This document shows, piece by piece, positions 49,193-60,556 of a DNA stretch of 64,000 nucleotides. The position numbers were made by a program, and so were the translations under genes. The stretch covers positions 448,001 to 512,000 of the forward strand of contig JAVYWL010000001.1 in NCBI GenBank assembly GCA_038727135.1, written 5' to 3'. The stretch's first letter is position 1; each line of letters starts with the position of its first letter. Under the pieces are notes generated by a model. That model saw only the letters and a program-made list of their open reading frames with translations. It did no database searches and was not told the origin of the DNA. Origin of the DNA: Candidatus Bathyarchaeia archaeon (GTDB taxonomy: Archaea; Thermoproteota; Bathyarchaeia; Bathyarchaeales; Bathycorpusculaceae).

Positions 49193-50556
49193 ACTCCTTC
49201 CTTTTTTGGCTCCATGTGAACCGTGACTATGGTTTCTGTGAATCTTCGTTTCACTCCATTCTCGATTTTTGATGCTACTTTGTGGGCTTCCTCTATTGAG
49301 ATTTGGCTTGTGAAACAGCAGTCTATGTTTATGTAGCGTTTCCCGCCTACAATGTATGTGACTATTCGCTTAACTGAGAACACTTGTTGCAGGTTTTCAG
49401 CCGTTTTATAGATTACTTGCTGAATTTCCCTTTCATCCACTGCTGGGCCTCGCTGTTTCATGTCAAATGGTTCGATGTGAACTGTTACGTTGCTGACGTT
49501 TTCCAGTTTTTCGCTTAGCCTACCCTCTATCTTCTCAGCAAGCTCATGAGCTTCACTTATAGACAAAGAGGGATCAACATATGCGTGTAATGTAACGTAG
49601 AGTTTGCCATGGGAATAAACAACATTTACTTCGTGAACCTCTTTGACGCCCTCAACTTCCCTAGCCAACTTTTCCACAAGTTGAGGAGTTAAAATTTCCT
49701 TTTCTGGTGGCTCCACGTGGATTAAGACTTCAGCATTCCTCAACACTTTCTTCAGCTTATCCTCAACATGCGTTGCAAGAGTGTGGGCTTCCTCCAGCCC
49801 TATGTAGTCTGGAACTTGTATCGTAGCTTCAACAAAGGTTTTGTCTCCAGCCCTTCTAACCCTTAACCCTTTAACGTTGGAAACACCTATGGTTGAGGCT
49901 ATTTCCTTTCGCACCTTTTCTGCAACATCCCTTGAGATCGCGTCGCTCAGCTCCATTCCGCTTGTTTTCACCAGCCTAATGCTCAAGTAGCCTATAGCAG
50001 CGCTTAATATGAGAGAGGCAACAGCATCTGATACTGGAAAACCCAATGTGGCAAGTCCGAAGCCTAAAAGAGCGATGAGAGTTGAGCCTAAATCTGCCAG
50101 AGCATGATAGAAGCCAGCTTTAACGGTCACGCTTTCCATCTCCACTGAATGTAGCACCCTAACTCTTAAAATGTCTATGCAGAAGGTGTAGCCTATTGCG
50201 GCGAAACCAACTAGCTCCCACTCTTGGTTTAAAGGCTCACCATGCAAAAGCCTTTGAACAGCCCTGATAATTAGGAGAATGCCTGTGCCGAAAAGTATGA
50301 CCCCACCAATAAGCCCGCCGAGCGGCTCAATTTTCTCATGCCCATACATGTGTTCCTCGTCCGGCGGCTTTAGCGAGGCTTTGGCTGCCACCAAGAGAAT
50401 TAGCATGGTTACGGCATCCAGCAATGCGTGCACGCCGTCGCTCAGGATGGCTAGGCTGCCAACAGCCAAGCCCAAAACAACTTCTACAATCACAACGCTG
50501 GATATGGCTATGGCTGAAATTTTTAGGCTTCTAAGCCCGGTCTCTTTTAAAGGCAT
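49189..50556 (-). CDS. Cation diffusion facilitator with three C-terminal ZT-dimer domains
   Basis: HALLD, H.YGHEK.E, HALAD; three (V/I)H(V/I/M)EP endings. Confidence 0.9.
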   Translation of the reverse strand: MPLKETGLRSLKISAIAISSVVIVEVVLGLAVGSLAILSDGVHALLDAVTMLILLVAAKASLKPPDEEHMYGHEKIEPLGGLIGGVILFGTGILLIIRAVQRLLHGEPLNQEWELVGFAAIGYTFCIDILRVRVLHSVEMESVTVKAGFYHALADLGSTLIALLGFGLATLGFPVSDAVASLILSAAIGYLSIRLVKTSGMELSDAISRDVAEKVRKEIASTIGVSNVKGLRVRRAGDKTFVEATIQVPDYIGLEEAHTLATHVEDKLKKVLRNAEVLIHVEPPEKEILTPQLVEKLAREVEGVKEVHEVNVVYSHGKLYVTLHAYVDPSLSISEAHELAEKIEGRLSEKLENVSNVTVHIEPFDMKQRGPAVDEREIQQVIYKTAENLQQVFSVKRIVTYIVGGKRYINIDCCFTSQISIEEAHKVASKIENGVKRRFTETIVTVHMEPKKEGV

Positions 50557-50646
50557 TATTCATCAAATAGATTGCCCAGCCCTCGGGATTTAAGGATTGT
50601 GAAGCAGGGCTTAGCAAAACATTTAAAATAATAGCTTTTTACATGA

Positions 50647-50760
50647 TTATGTGGGTATCAAAGTGCAAGGTGAACACTTTAACCCAGCAACATAAACCCC
50701 AGAAAATTTTCACCACACTCTATAGACTTGTTTCTCCTGAACTTTTTGAAGGAGGCACAA
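50647..50760 (+). promoter_or_regulatory. Structured asnS 5' leader (hairpin, possible pseudoknot, SD-sequestering stem)
   Basis: Stems 50647-50695 and 50728-50760; the second pairs the AGGAGG SD. Confidence 0.5.
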
Positions 50761-50764
50761 AACA

Positions 50765-52057
50765 ATGAGCATAAGCGACATCCTAGACGGAAGGCTAACC
50801 GAAAACGAAGTTGAAATAAAAGGCTGGCTTGTCAACAAACGCTCAAGCGGCGGAGTCCAATTCCTAATAATACGTGACGGGACAGGCTTCATACAAGCAA
50901 CCATCCACAAAGACGAGGTTTCAACAAAAGTTTTCGAAGACGCGGAGAGGCTAACTCAGGAATCCTCCATTATATTAAGGGGTGTCGTTAAGGAGGATAA
51001 GCGTGCGCCCGGAGGCTACGAAATAAGGGTTAGTGACCTGCAGATAGTGCACTTGGCTGAACGCGAATACCCATTGGCAAAAAAGGAGCACGGCATAGAC
51101 TTCCTAATGAATTATAGGCAATTGTGGATTAGAAGCCCAAGGCAGACAGCCATCCTTAGGATTAGAGCCGAAGTGATTAAGGCTTGCAGAGACTTTCTAG
51201 ACAGCAGAGGCTTCGTCTTAACAGACGCCCCAATATTCACGCCCGCCGCTGTTGAAGGAACAACAACCCTTTTTGAAGTTCCGTACTTTGGTGAGAAGGC
51301 CTACTTAACCCAAAGCGGACAGCTTTATGTTGAGGCCACAATGGCTGCCTTTGGAAAAGTATACTGTTTCGGCCCAACATTTAGGGCTGAAAAGTCCAAA
51401 ACGCCTAGACACTTAACAGAGTTCTGGATGGTTGAGCCGGAAATGGCTTTCTGTGATTTCGAGGAGAACTTGAAAGTGCAAGAGGAAATGGTAACCTACA
51501 TTGTTAAAACTGTTCTAGAGAGGCGGCGAAGAGAGCTTGAAACCCTTAAGCGGGACATAACACCTTTACAGAAGGTTGAGCCGCCCTTCGAGAGGATAAG
51601 CTACACAGAGGCTGTGGAAATGCTGCAGAAGGCTGGCTTCCCTATCCAATGGGGAGAAGACCTTGGAGCACCCCACGAACGGCACATTTCCCTTCAGTTT
51701 GAAAAGCCGGTGTTTGTCCACAGATATCCAGCCAAGGCTAAAGCCTTCTACATGCAGCCAGACCCAGAAAACCCAGAAGTCGTATTATGTGCCGATTTGA
51801 TGGCGCCTGAGGGCTATGGCGAAATAATAGGTGGGAGCCAACGCATTCACGACCTAAAACTGCTGGAAAAACGCATAGAAGAGTTTGGCTTGCCAAAACA
51901 AGCCTACGAATGGTACTTGGATTTGCGGAGGTATGGTTCAGTGCCGCATTCAGGCTTTGGACTGGGAATTGAGCGAACAGTCATGTGGATTTGCAAACTA
52001 AAGCATATAAGAGAAGCAATACCTTTCCCGAGGACGATAACCCGTATATATCCGTAG
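50765..52057 (+). CDS. asnS: Asparagine--tRNA ligase
   Basis: [43 protein letters not shown]. Confidence 0.92.
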   Translation: MSISDILDGRLTENEVEIKGWLVNKRSSGGVQFLIIRDGTGFIQATIHKDEVSTKVFEDAERLTQESSIILRGVVKEDKRAPGGYEIRVSDLQIVHLAEREYPLAKKEHGIDFLMNYRQLWIRSPRQTAILRIRAEVIKACRDFLDSRGFVLTDAPIFTPAAVEGTTTLFEVPYFGEKAYLTQSGQLYVEATMAAFGKVYCFGPTFRAEKSKTPRHLTEFWMVEPEMAFCDFEENLKVQEEMVTYIVKTVLERRRRELETLKRDITPLQKVEPPFERISYTEAVEMLQKAGFPIQWGEDLGAPHERHISLQFEKPVFVHRYPAKAKAFYMQPDPENPEVVLCADLMAPEGYGEIIGGSQRIHDLKLLEKRIEEFGLPKQAYEWYLDLRRYGSVPHSGFGLGIERTVMWICKLKHIREAIPFPRTITRIYP

Positions 52058-52071
52058 CTTTTTGACGTTTG

Positions 52072-54897
52072 TTATTCCCATTTCCAGACTTTTCTGCCCA
52101 TGAATATTTCTGGAAAGATTAAGAGACCCCAGCTAGCTACTCCTGCAACATAGGCTAGGTCTGTAAGGCTTAAGCCTGTAAGGTGGAATAGTTGCTGAGT
52201 GATTGGTATGTAGGTTATTCCAAGAGTTAGGGCAACTGACACCAAATCGGCAATGACAAAGAACTTGTTTTCGAAGGCCTTTCTACCCATTCTCCAAACG
52301 CTACGCTTTTCTGAGCGACAGTTCCAAACAACAAACAATTCGAATAAAGCTGCTTGCACAAAGGCTGTAGTGGTGGCCTCCCGGTAAGTAAGCTGTCTTG
52401 CCATCTCATCAACCGTCCCATCAGGGCGAATCCATGGGTGAGAAGGCCAGACGTAATATTCCAGGCAGAACACCAGAATGGTCCCAGTTGCTTGGAGTAT
52501 GAAGGAGGCTATTATGAATGCTCCCATTCCATGAAGTATGCCTTCTTCAGGTTTACGTGGTGGTCTATCCATGACATCAACATCTGGAGGGTCTGTTGCG
52601 AGGGCCACTGCCGGAGCCCCGTCTGTTACAAGGTTTATCCACAGTATCATCGCTGGTAGTAGCGGAAGCGGAAACAGTTCTGGTGAGAATATTCCACCGA
52701 GAATGGCGAATGTGCCTATAACCAGCAACTCATCGAAGTTGCATGATATGAGAAAACGTGCATATTTCCTTATATTGTCGTAGATAACTCTTCCTTGCTC
52801 TACAGCCTTAACTATTGTTGCGAAGTTGTCGTCTGTTAGAACAAGGTCCGACGCTTCCCGTGTAACGTCTGTCCCGCTGATGCCCATCGCGACACCGACA
52901 TCGGCGGCTTTAACAGCTGGCGCATCATTAACGCCATCACCAGTCATTGCCACTATGTGGCCTTTCTTTTTCAAAGCATTGACAATTTTTAGTTTGTGTT
53001 CTGGTGAAACGCGGGCGTAAACGGTTACTTTTTCAACTATTCCTTCAAATTCCTCGTCGCTTAGCTGGTCCATTTCAGCGCCAGTTAAGACCAAGTCGCC
53101 TTCCTTGTATATTCCAACCTCCTTTGCAACAGCAATGGCGGTCAGCTTGTGGTCGCCTGTTATCATAACCGTCTTTATGCCGGCCTTTTGGCATTTCTTG
53201 TTGGCTTCTATGGCTTCCTCTCTTGGAGGGTCTATCATTCCTTGAAGCCCAACAAAAACCATTCCTTTTTCAACTGTTTCAGCTTCATACTTTGTCATGG
53301 TTGGCGGCAAGCGCTTATACGCCATAGCAAGAACCCTTAGGGCGTTTCCAGCCAATTGCTCGTTCACAGCTAGGATCTCTTTTTTCCGTTCTTCCGTAAG
53401 TCTCCTTTCTTTTCCTCCCTCAAATACGTGGGTACATCTTTCCAGAACGACTTCAGGCGCGCCCTTCATGTAGGCGTGAACTTCGCCTTCCGGAGTCTTG
53501 TGGATTGTGGTCATACGTTTCCTTTCAGAAGTGAAGGGTATTTCACCAACGCGTGGATAACTATTTTCTAAAGCCTCTTTGCTAAATCCAGCCTTGGCAG
53601 CCGCTACAACAAGTGCTCCTTCTGTCGGATCGCCGAAGATTTCCCAACTGTTGTTTTGCTCATTTTTTCTTAAGCTGGCATTGTTGCATAGGGCACCTAT
53701 CCTTAAAACAAATTCAAGACTGCTATCAGGCTTTACAGGGTCTCCTTCAATGCGAAACTCACCCTTAGGCTCATAACCAACCCCAGTCACTTCAACAAGT
53801 TTTCCATCAACATAGATTTGGCGAACAGTCATTTCGCCTTTAGTTATCGTCCCAGTTTTGTCAGAGCATATGACCGTCACCGCGCCGAGACTTTCTGCCG
53901 ATGAAAGCCGCCTCACTATGGCGTTGCGCTTCGCAAATTCCCTTGCCCCTAGTGCCAGCGCTATAGTAACAATGGCTGGTAGGCCCTCAGGAACTGCGGA
54001 TATTGCCAATGAGATTGAGGACATAAAAGCTTGAATGAAGCCTTCGGGTTCAAAGTGCATCTTCATTATTACCTCAAATGCTTCCAAAGCAAAAATAAGC
54101 ACACAGACGGCGATTACAACCTTGGCAATTTTGCTGGCGAATCTGTCTAATTTCTTCTGAAGTGGCGTTTCTTCCTCTTCAGCGGTCTGAACCATCTCGG
54201 CAATTTTGCCAAATTCTGTGTTCATTCCTGTGGCGGTTACAACCGCTTTGCCCCTGCCGTAAACAATGTGGGTAGCGGAGAAAACCATGTTTCTTCTTTC
54301 TGAAACGGGAGTATCCTCCTTAAGAACCGCCAACTCTTTCTCGACGGGTGTGGATTCACCGGTTAGAACAGCCTCATTCGCCTTTAACTCAACAACCTCA
54401 ATGAGCCTAGCGTCAGCGGGAACATGGTCGCCTTCCTCAAGTGCCAGAATGTCGCCTGGAACAACTTCGCTGGCTGGAATAATAATTTCCTTTCCATCTC
54501 TAATTACACGGGCTTTAGGAGCTGCCAACTTTTTAAGGGCTTCAACAGCCTTTTCCGCCCTATACTCCTGAACAAAGCCTGTGATGGCACATAAAAGGAC
54601 TATGGCGCCTATCGTTATTGAGTCTGCGTAGGCCTCAAGGAACTCGCGGCCCTCAAGCATTTCGTAGTATCCAACAATAACCGAACATATGGCCGCCGCG
54701 ATCAACAATAAAATGAAGACGTCTTTAAATTCGTCTAAAAACATGTGGAGGGCTGTTCGCCGCTTCACCTTCCTAATCTCGTTTGGCCCATATTTCTTAA
54801 GCCTTTCAAGGGCTTCAGATGAGGATAAACCGTTACGGCTTACCCCTAACTCACTCAAGACTTTGTCAACTTCCATGGCATGCCAAGGCCTTGACAT
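52072..54897 (-). CDS. P-type ATPase, P2A (Ca2+-transporting-like)
   Basis: TGES, PEGLP, DKTGT, KGAPE, GDGVND, WINLVTDG. Confidence 0.93.
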   Translation of the reverse strand: MSRPWHAMEVDKVLSELGVSRNGLSSSEALERLKKYGPNEIRKVKRRTALHMFLDEFKDVFILLLIAAAICSVIVGYYEMLEGREFLEAYADSITIGAIVLLCAITGFVQEYRAEKAVEALKKLAAPKARVIRDGKEIIIPASEVVPGDILALEEGDHVPADARLIEVVELKANEAVLTGESTPVEKELAVLKEDTPVSERRNMVFSATHIVYGRGKAVVTATGMNTEFGKIAEMVQTAEEEETPLQKKLDRFASKIAKVVIAVCVLIFALEAFEVIMKMHFEPEGFIQAFMSSISLAISAVPEGLPAIVTIALALGAREFAKRNAIVRRLSSAESLGAVTVICSDKTGTITKGEMTVRQIYVDGKLVEVTGVGYEPKGEFRIEGDPVKPDSSLEFVLRIGALCNNASLRKNEQNNSWEIFGDPTEGALVVAAAKAGFSKEALENSYPRVGEIPFTSERKRMTTIHKTPEGEVHAYMKGAPEVVLERCTHVFEGGKERRLTEERKKEILAVNEQLAGNALRVLAMAYKRLPPTMTKYEAETVEKGMVFVGLQGMIDPPREEAIEANKKCQKAGIKTVMITGDHKLTAIAVAKEVGIYKEGDLVLTGAEMDQLSDEEFEGIVEKVTVYARVSPEHKLKIVNALKKKGHIVAMTGDGVNDAPAVKAADVGVAMGISGTDVTREASDLVLTDDNFATIVKAVEQGRVIYDNIRKYARFLISCNFDELLVIGTFAILGGIFSPELFPLPLLPAMILWINLVTDGAPAVALATDPPDVDVMDRPPRKPEEGILHGMGAFIIASFILQATGTILVFCLEYYVWPSHPWIRPDGTVDEMARQLTYREATTTAFVQAALFELFVVWNCRSEKRSVWRMGRKAFENKFFVIADLVSVALTLGITYIPITQQLFHLTGLSLTDLAYVAGVASWGLLIFPEIFMGRKVWKWE

Positions 54898-55008
54898 CTA
54901 AGCGCCTCTTCCAAATTTCAATGGTTAAAAGACTCATACAGCAACTTATTTATAAAATTCGCTATCCACAAGCCTTTTTAATGCATGTTTCAGAGAAAGG
55001 GAGGAAGC

Positions 55009-57069
55009 TTAAGCGATTAGCAGGAGAATCAGTGGAGCGAAGACTTCGGCTACCAGCGACATAACTGTAATCATTGTGTTTAGTGACGGCCCAGCCGTGT
55101 CCTTAAAGGGGTCTCCAACGGTATCGCCGGTCACAGCAGCCTTGTGAGCCTCTGAGCCTTTTCCGCCGTGTGCCCCAGCCTCTATATATTTTTTCGCGTT
55201 GTCCCAAAGCCCGCCGGCATTCGCCATAAACAAGGCGAAGATTATGCCAGTAACAATGCTTCCAGCCAAAAAGCCCGCTAAAGCCTCTTTTCCAAGCGCT
55301 ATCAGTGTTATGATGGGGACTATTATGGCTAGTAGGCATGGCAGCATTAGCTCTTTTATGGCTCCCTTTGTGGCAATATCCACACATTTAGCATAATCTG
55401 GCTTGGCTTTGCCTTCCATAAGCCCAGGAATCTCCCTAAACTGGCGCCTAACCTCCTCAACCATACGTTCGGCATTTCGCCCCACAGCCAAAATCAGCAA
55501 TGCTGAAAGCAGCGGAGGCATCATACCGCCCAAGAAAATCCCGGCAACAACTTCAGGCTTCATTAGGTCTAACGAGGTTATGTCAACCAGATGAGCATAA
55601 GCCCCAAACAGCGCAAGCACAGTCAGTGCAGCGGCACCAATGGCAAACCCTTTTGTTATGGCCTTTGTGGTATTACCCGCGGCGTCCAACCTATCAGCAA
55701 TTTCAATAACCTCTTCGCCTAATCCAGACTGTTCGGCTATGCCCTTCGCGTTGTCGGAAACCGGTCCATAAGCATCCGCAGATATTGTCATCCCAACAGT
55801 GGCAAGCATCCCAACGGCTGATATGGCAATTCCATAGAAGGATGGAACATTAAACGCGGCTGCAAGATACCAAGCAGCCAAAGTGGCAACGCAAATACCG
55901 AGTATTGGTGGAACAATGCTAATCACCCCGTAAGAGAAGCCAGTAAGGATGTTGATAGCAGCCCCCGTTGTGGAGGCTTGAGCCACCTTTTGCGCCGGTC
56001 CCCTATCAATAGACGTGAAGTAGTCAGAGGTTATTCCAATAACAACCCCCGCAGCCAGCCCTGCAACCGTGGGCAAGAAAACTCCAAGCCATCGGTCACC
56101 TAGACCAGAAAAGTATGTGACCAAGAATAGAAAAACCGCAAAGATAATCCATGTTGCAAACGAGCCGCGGTTAAGAGCCGCCCCAGGATTGCTCTTTATG
56201 CTAAGTTTAACAACAAAGGCGCCAATTATTGAGGCGAAAAGCCCAACAGCAGCTATTATGAGCGGCAAAGCCACTAACACGCCTAAATTGGAATCGAGGA
56301 GCGCGATCTCTGCGCCAATTATCATGGCAGCTACAATGCTGGCGATGTACGAGTCTATTAGGTCGGCGCCCATTCCAGCGACGTCGCCCACATTGTCTCC
56401 AACATTGTCAGCTATGACCGCTGGGTTCCGTGGGTCGTCTTCAGGAATTCCAAGCTCAACCTTCCCTACAAGATCTGCACTGATATCAGCTGTTTTTGTG
56501 TATATGCCCCCACCAGCCTTAGCAAAAAGTGCCAATGCGCTGGCTCCAAAGCTGAAACCAAGAACCACATTTGCGGCGTCCTCAGCCTTCCAGCCTAAAA
56601 CTACATTGTAAATGTAGAAAAGCAAACTGATGCCCAGCAAGGCCAAACCTACAACAAACAATCCCATAACTGCCCCGCCATAGAAAGCCACTGGAAACGC
56701 CCTCTTCAATCCCTGTTTGGCGGCGTTTGCCGTTCGAACATTAGCCTCAACAGCAGCCATCATACCAATATAAGCCGCAACGGTGGTGCAAACCGAACCA
56801 AAAATATAAGCCAAAGCAATGCTTCCACCATAGGCAAAACCTCCGCGAATAGCGTAAAGCACACCAAGAGTCGCTGCCATTATGACAACAAAGATGGCCA
56901 ATGTCATATTCTGCCTTCTAAGGTAGGCTTTTGCACCCTCCTTTATGGCGTTGGCGATTTCTCTCATCCTCTCAGTGCCGCTGTCTTGTTTTGTAACATA
57001 TTTGTATAGGTAGATGGCCAAACCAACAGCAGCCAAGCCAGCTATAGGCGTAATATAGAACCACTCCAT
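55009..57069 (-). CDS. hppA: Membrane-bound pyrophosphatase, K+-independent type
   Basis: [42 protein letters not shown]. Confidence 0.94.
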   Translation of the reverse strand: MEWFYITPIAGLAAVGLAIYLYKYVTKQDSGTERMREIANAIKEGAKAYLRRQNMTLAIFVVIMAATLGVLYAIRGGFAYGGSIALAYIFGSVCTTVAAYIGMMAAVEANVRTANAAKQGLKRAFPVAFYGGAVMGLFVVGLALLGISLLFYIYNVVLGWKAEDAANVVLGFSFGASALALFAKAGGGIYTKTADISADLVGKVELGIPEDDPRNPAVIADNVGDNVGDVAGMGADLIDSYIASIVAAMIIGAEIALLDSNLGVLVALPLIIAAVGLFASIIGAFVVKLSIKSNPGAALNRGSFATWIIFAVFLFLVTYFSGLGDRWLGVFLPTVAGLAAGVVIGITSDYFTSIDRGPAQKVAQASTTGAAINILTGFSYGVISIVPPILGICVATLAAWYLAAAFNVPSFYGIAISAVGMLATVGMTISADAYGPVSDNAKGIAEQSGLGEEVIEIADRLDAAGNTTKAITKGFAIGAAALTVLALFGAYAHLVDITSLDLMKPEVVAGIFLGGMMPPLLSALLILAVGRNAERMVEEVRRQFREIPGLMEGKAKPDYAKCVDIATKGAIKELMLPCLLAIIVPIITLIALGKEALAGFLAGSIVTGIIFALFMANAGGLWDNAKKYIEAGAHGGKGSEAHKAAVTGDTVGDPFKDTAGPSLNTMITVMSLVAEVFAPLILLLIA

Positions 57070-57215
57070 ATACTAAACCACCATCAGCTACCCGCCTTTA
57101 CAAACCGTTTGAGATAAAACCACAAGCTTATAAATCTACTGTGAGCAAAAGCCAAAAAGGCTTTTCTACCCAAAGAAGTTTATTTGCAAAGCAAGCACTG
57201 TTTACAGCGGAGGGT

Positions 57216-58369
57216 ATGCCTTTGAGTTCAGAAGAAGTTAACCTACTATCAAAACTCGTGTCCATAGACACCACATCCACGGAACGAAAAAATTATGAAA
57301 CGTTTGCAGACTTACTTATGGAAGAGACACAAAAACGCGGTTTAACGGCTGAAAAAGTAGTTGATAAGAAGGGAATTCCACACATCATCGTAACGATCCC
57401 CACAGCCCCTAAAAAAGCGAAAAAAGTCGTTTTCATAACCCATTACGATGTCGTCCCAGCTGGCGAAGGTTGGGACTTCGACCCATTTAAACCATTTGTA
57501 AAAGACGGCAGGCTTTATGGGAGAGGGGCTGCTGACAACAAATCAAATATTGTAGCCGCAGTCACAGCTTTCCATGAAACTTTAAAAGAAAAGCTACCGT
57601 TGAAAGTCTATCCGATTTTAGCTGTGGCAGGCGGAGAAGAAACAGGCGAGTCAGAGGACTTCTTTGAAACATTAGAGGGAGACCTAGCTGTGGTACTTGA
57701 TGTGGGTTGTGAATCCATTTCTATCGGTTCCTCCGGACTGGCGCGTTTAACAGTTAAAGTATTAGGCAGACAGGCGCATTCCGCATGCCCCTATAAAGGG
57801 ATAAACGCCATATATGAAACGGTAAAAGTGATAGAGTTCGTAAAGAGAAAGGCTAAAGAGTTTGAGGAAAATATTCTTTCAAAGTTTCCAGCTTCAACAT
57901 ACTACAAGAGACTACCAAGAAGAATGAGCGTTACAATGATAAATGGTGGCGTTGCAGCCAACATAATTCCCGGTGAGTGTACACTAACTATTGACGTAAG
58001 AACAATTCCGGAAGAAAAAGCGTAAAAGCAGCTGAAGAAGTTAAAGCCATGCTAGAAAATTTTGCAAAAAGGGAAGGAATAAACATTGACGTTCAAGTTC
58101 AATCTTTTTCAGATGGGTGGTACACCACCAACAAAAAGGTCGTAAACACCATTAAAAAAATAGCTGAAAGCGTCGTTGGAGAAAAATTAAAGCTAAGCGT
58201 CGAGTTAGGCGGAACAGATGGAAGATATCTTATTGAAAGAATGCCTGTGGTTCAATTCGGCACATTAAGGGAAGATACAAACATCCATGGCAAAAACGAG
58301 TTTGTATACCTTGCAGACTTAGATGTCGTGAAAAGGTTCATTAAAAAAGTGTTAACAGTTCAGCTTTAA
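57216..58369 (+). pseudogene. M20/ArgE/DapE metallopeptidase split by a frameshift near 58015-58019 (pseudogene or read error)
   Basis: HYDVVP, GRGAADNK, EE, GRQAHS in first ORF; GGTDG and IHG.NE in second; one extra A restores one frame. Confidence 0.8.
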
Positions 58370-58507
58370 AGAAACGGAATTCAAAATGGTTGCATAACAG
58401 TAGATGCAACAACATTTTGACAGTTTGCGCAAATGCAGTGGAGCATACCTATTTCAGTATACCCCCAATAGAGAGAAGCCAAGCTCAAGTATTTTTAACC
58501 GGTAAAT

Positions 58508-58631
58508 TGGCGCCGGGGAGGGGATTCGAACCCCTGCGAGCCCGAAGGCCCACTGGCTCCCTTGTCAAAGCCCCATTCTGAACGGCGGGCAGATCTCGAG
58601 GCCAGCGCGTTAACCACTCCGCCACCCCGGC
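58508..58631 (-). tRNA. tRNA-Ser(CGA) with a 36-nt canonical 37/38 intron (58559-58594), CCA encoded
   Basis: GCCGGGG/CCCCGGC acceptor, CTGGC/GCCAG anticodon stem, long variable arm. Confidence 0.92.
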
Positions 58632-58666
58632 CCTCACAAGTTAAAAGGAATTAGGTTCTTAAAGGG

Positions 58667-59470
58667 TTATGCCTTCATAAGCGATGGGAAAAGCCACCTC
58701 TTACCTTTAGCTTTCTTCTTTTCATCCCATTCGTTTAAAATTTTCACCGCTTCGTTGGCCACTTTTATGGCGTTTTCCTCGCCCTCTCCTGGTTTAAAAT
58801 CGCCAGTGCACCTATTAGCGTAGATTGCGCAGACCGCCCCAGCCCTTAAACCATAGAGGTTTGCAAGCGTATAGAGCGTCGCGGTTTCCATCTCAAAATT
58901 GAGCACACCGGCCTCTCGCAAGACTTGAAGAATGTTGGCTGTTTTAGTTTTGGTTGGGCGGTTCTGGCCGGCATAAAAGTCTGATGTTGTGGCTGTTACG
59001 CCTACATGGTAATTGTTTATGCCGAGGCTTTCAGCCGCCTCAATCAAAGCCAACAAAACCTCGTAGCTGGCTGTAGCTGGATATTCCGGCATAATGTAGC
59101 AGATGCTCGTCCCATCAAGGCGAACAGCAGCCGACGAAATAACAAGGTCCCCGCATTCTATGTCCCTTTGAATTGCTCCTGAACTTCCCACACGTATAAA
59201 GGTATGGACGCCTATGGCCGACGCCTCATTAACAACTATCGCCATGCACGCCGGACCAATACCACTTGAAATTGCCGATATTAGGACACCTTTGTAGGTG
59301 CCTGTGAAGCTTCGGAACTCCCGATGGCAAGAGACTTCTCTGGCTGAATCCCAGAATTTTGCAATTTTTGGAACACGGTCAGGGTCGCCTGGAACCAGCA
59401 GATATTCCGCCAAGTCGCCCTTTCCGCATGCTATATGGTACTGTTTACCGCTTTCCAATGTATGATGCAA
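58667..59470 (-). CDS. udp: Uridine/nucleoside phosphorylase
   Basis: PGDPDRV, HREF, IRVGSSG, FYAGQ.R, NFEME. Confidence 0.88.
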   Translation of the reverse strand: MHHTLESGKQYHIACGKGDLAEYLLVPGDPDRVPKIAKFWDSAREVSCHREFRSFTGTYKGVLISAISSGIGPACMAIVVNEASAIGVHTFIRVGSSGAIQRDIECGDLVISSAAVRLDGTSICYIMPEYPATASYEVLLALIEAAESLGINNYHVGVTATTSDFYAGQNRPTKTKTANILQVLREAGVLNFEMETATLYTLANLYGLRAGAVCAIYANRCTGDFKPGEGEENAIKVANEAVKILNEWDEKKKAKGKRWLFPSLMKA

Positions 59471-59480
59471 ACTTTCACCC

Positions 59481-60470
59481 TCAGGTCGGCAGTTTCTTCG
59501 GCATAGCTAAGTCCGCAATGTCGACACTGTGCTCATATATTTGGTGTAGGGTTGAAACCGCGGCTAGGAGATGGGGCATCACTTCAAGGCTTTGCCCTTT
59601 AGCACTTTTCTCGATGGCTGCTAAGGCTTTTTCCACCTTCTCCCTCATGGTTCGCACATCTTCTGCCAAGCCAGTATCGCCGGTAAAGAAAGCTTTTAGG
59701 GCGTTTTCGTGAGCCTCAAAGCAGAGGGAATGAAACTCAACAATAAGCTTCTTCAAATCCTCATTTAACTTAGCCCCTTTTAGTTCTGACACTTTAAGGG
59801 CTGTGCGTACGCATTCGTCCCCGATAGTTTCTACAAGGCTCGCGGCTAAACGGTAGTCAAGGCATTCTATTGGTTGCACCCCAAGCTTTTCACTAAGGCT
59901 CGGATTTTGAATAATGGTTCGGAGAATCCTTACGAGGAGAAAGTAAAGCCTATTGACCTCCTCGTCGCGGGCGATTACACTTTTTGCCATGTGCACATCA
60001 CCGTCAACAAGGGCGTTTACGACATCCCGATGCATACCCGCAACTATCGAGTAGCCCCTCCGAAGAATCTTCTCAGGTGGGAAACTGGAAGGCTCAAGTA
60101 AGCACTGTAAAACAATCTTTGAATAGTCTTCTTCAATTATCTCGAGGCCCACTAGGCGGCTAGCCGCTTTCTTAACATTTTCCCGAACCTCAATGCTTAT
60201 TGCCTCTTTCCCTTCCACACGGATGATGTCATACCCGAGCAAATACTTTCCAACGACTTCACGGCTTAAATATGGTCCAGGCTTTAAAACAATAGTGCGG
60301 GGGGAGGGGGCCGCCCCATATTCCGGATCTATAAGAAGTTTACCGTCGCTGGTCTCATTTACCGCTACAACAGATCCACGTTTAAGTCCATAACGTTCAG
60401 CCCAATCTTTTGGTATGCAAACGAAGAAGGTGCCGCTTGGTGTTCTCTGAATCTTACGGATCGTTCCCAA
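59481..60470 (-). CDS. Phosphate uptake regulator PhoU with N-terminal AbrB-like domain
   Basis: RKIQRT..GTFFV.IPKDWA; PhoU repeats (D.EVNRLYFL). Confidence 0.88.
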   Translation of the reverse strand: MGTIRKIQRTPSGTFFVCIPKDWAERYGLKRGSVVAVNETSDGKLLIDPEYGAAPSPRTIVLKPGPYLSREVVGKYLLGYDIIRVEGKEAISIEVRENVKKAASRLVGLEIIEEDYSKIVLQCLLEPSSFPPEKILRRGYSIVAGMHRDVVNALVDGDVHMAKSVIARDEEVNRLYFLLVRILRTIIQNPSLSEKLGVQPIECLDYRLAASLVETIGDECVRTALKVSELKGAKLNEDLKKLIVEFHSLCFEAHENALKAFFTGDTGLAEDVRTMREKVEKALAAIEKSAKGQSLEVMPHLLAAVSTLHQIYEHSVDIADLAMPKKLPT

Positions 60471-60556
60471 TTCATATCACACCATAACGGTGTATGGATT
60501 AAACAGCGAGTATTAACAAATTTAAACAAAGCTTCAATATATAAACTTAAGCGTAA

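Noticed and set aside
57147-57165. Inverted repeat AAAAGCC-N5-GGCTTTT between hppA and the M20 gene
   Set aside because: Short, single copy, low complexity
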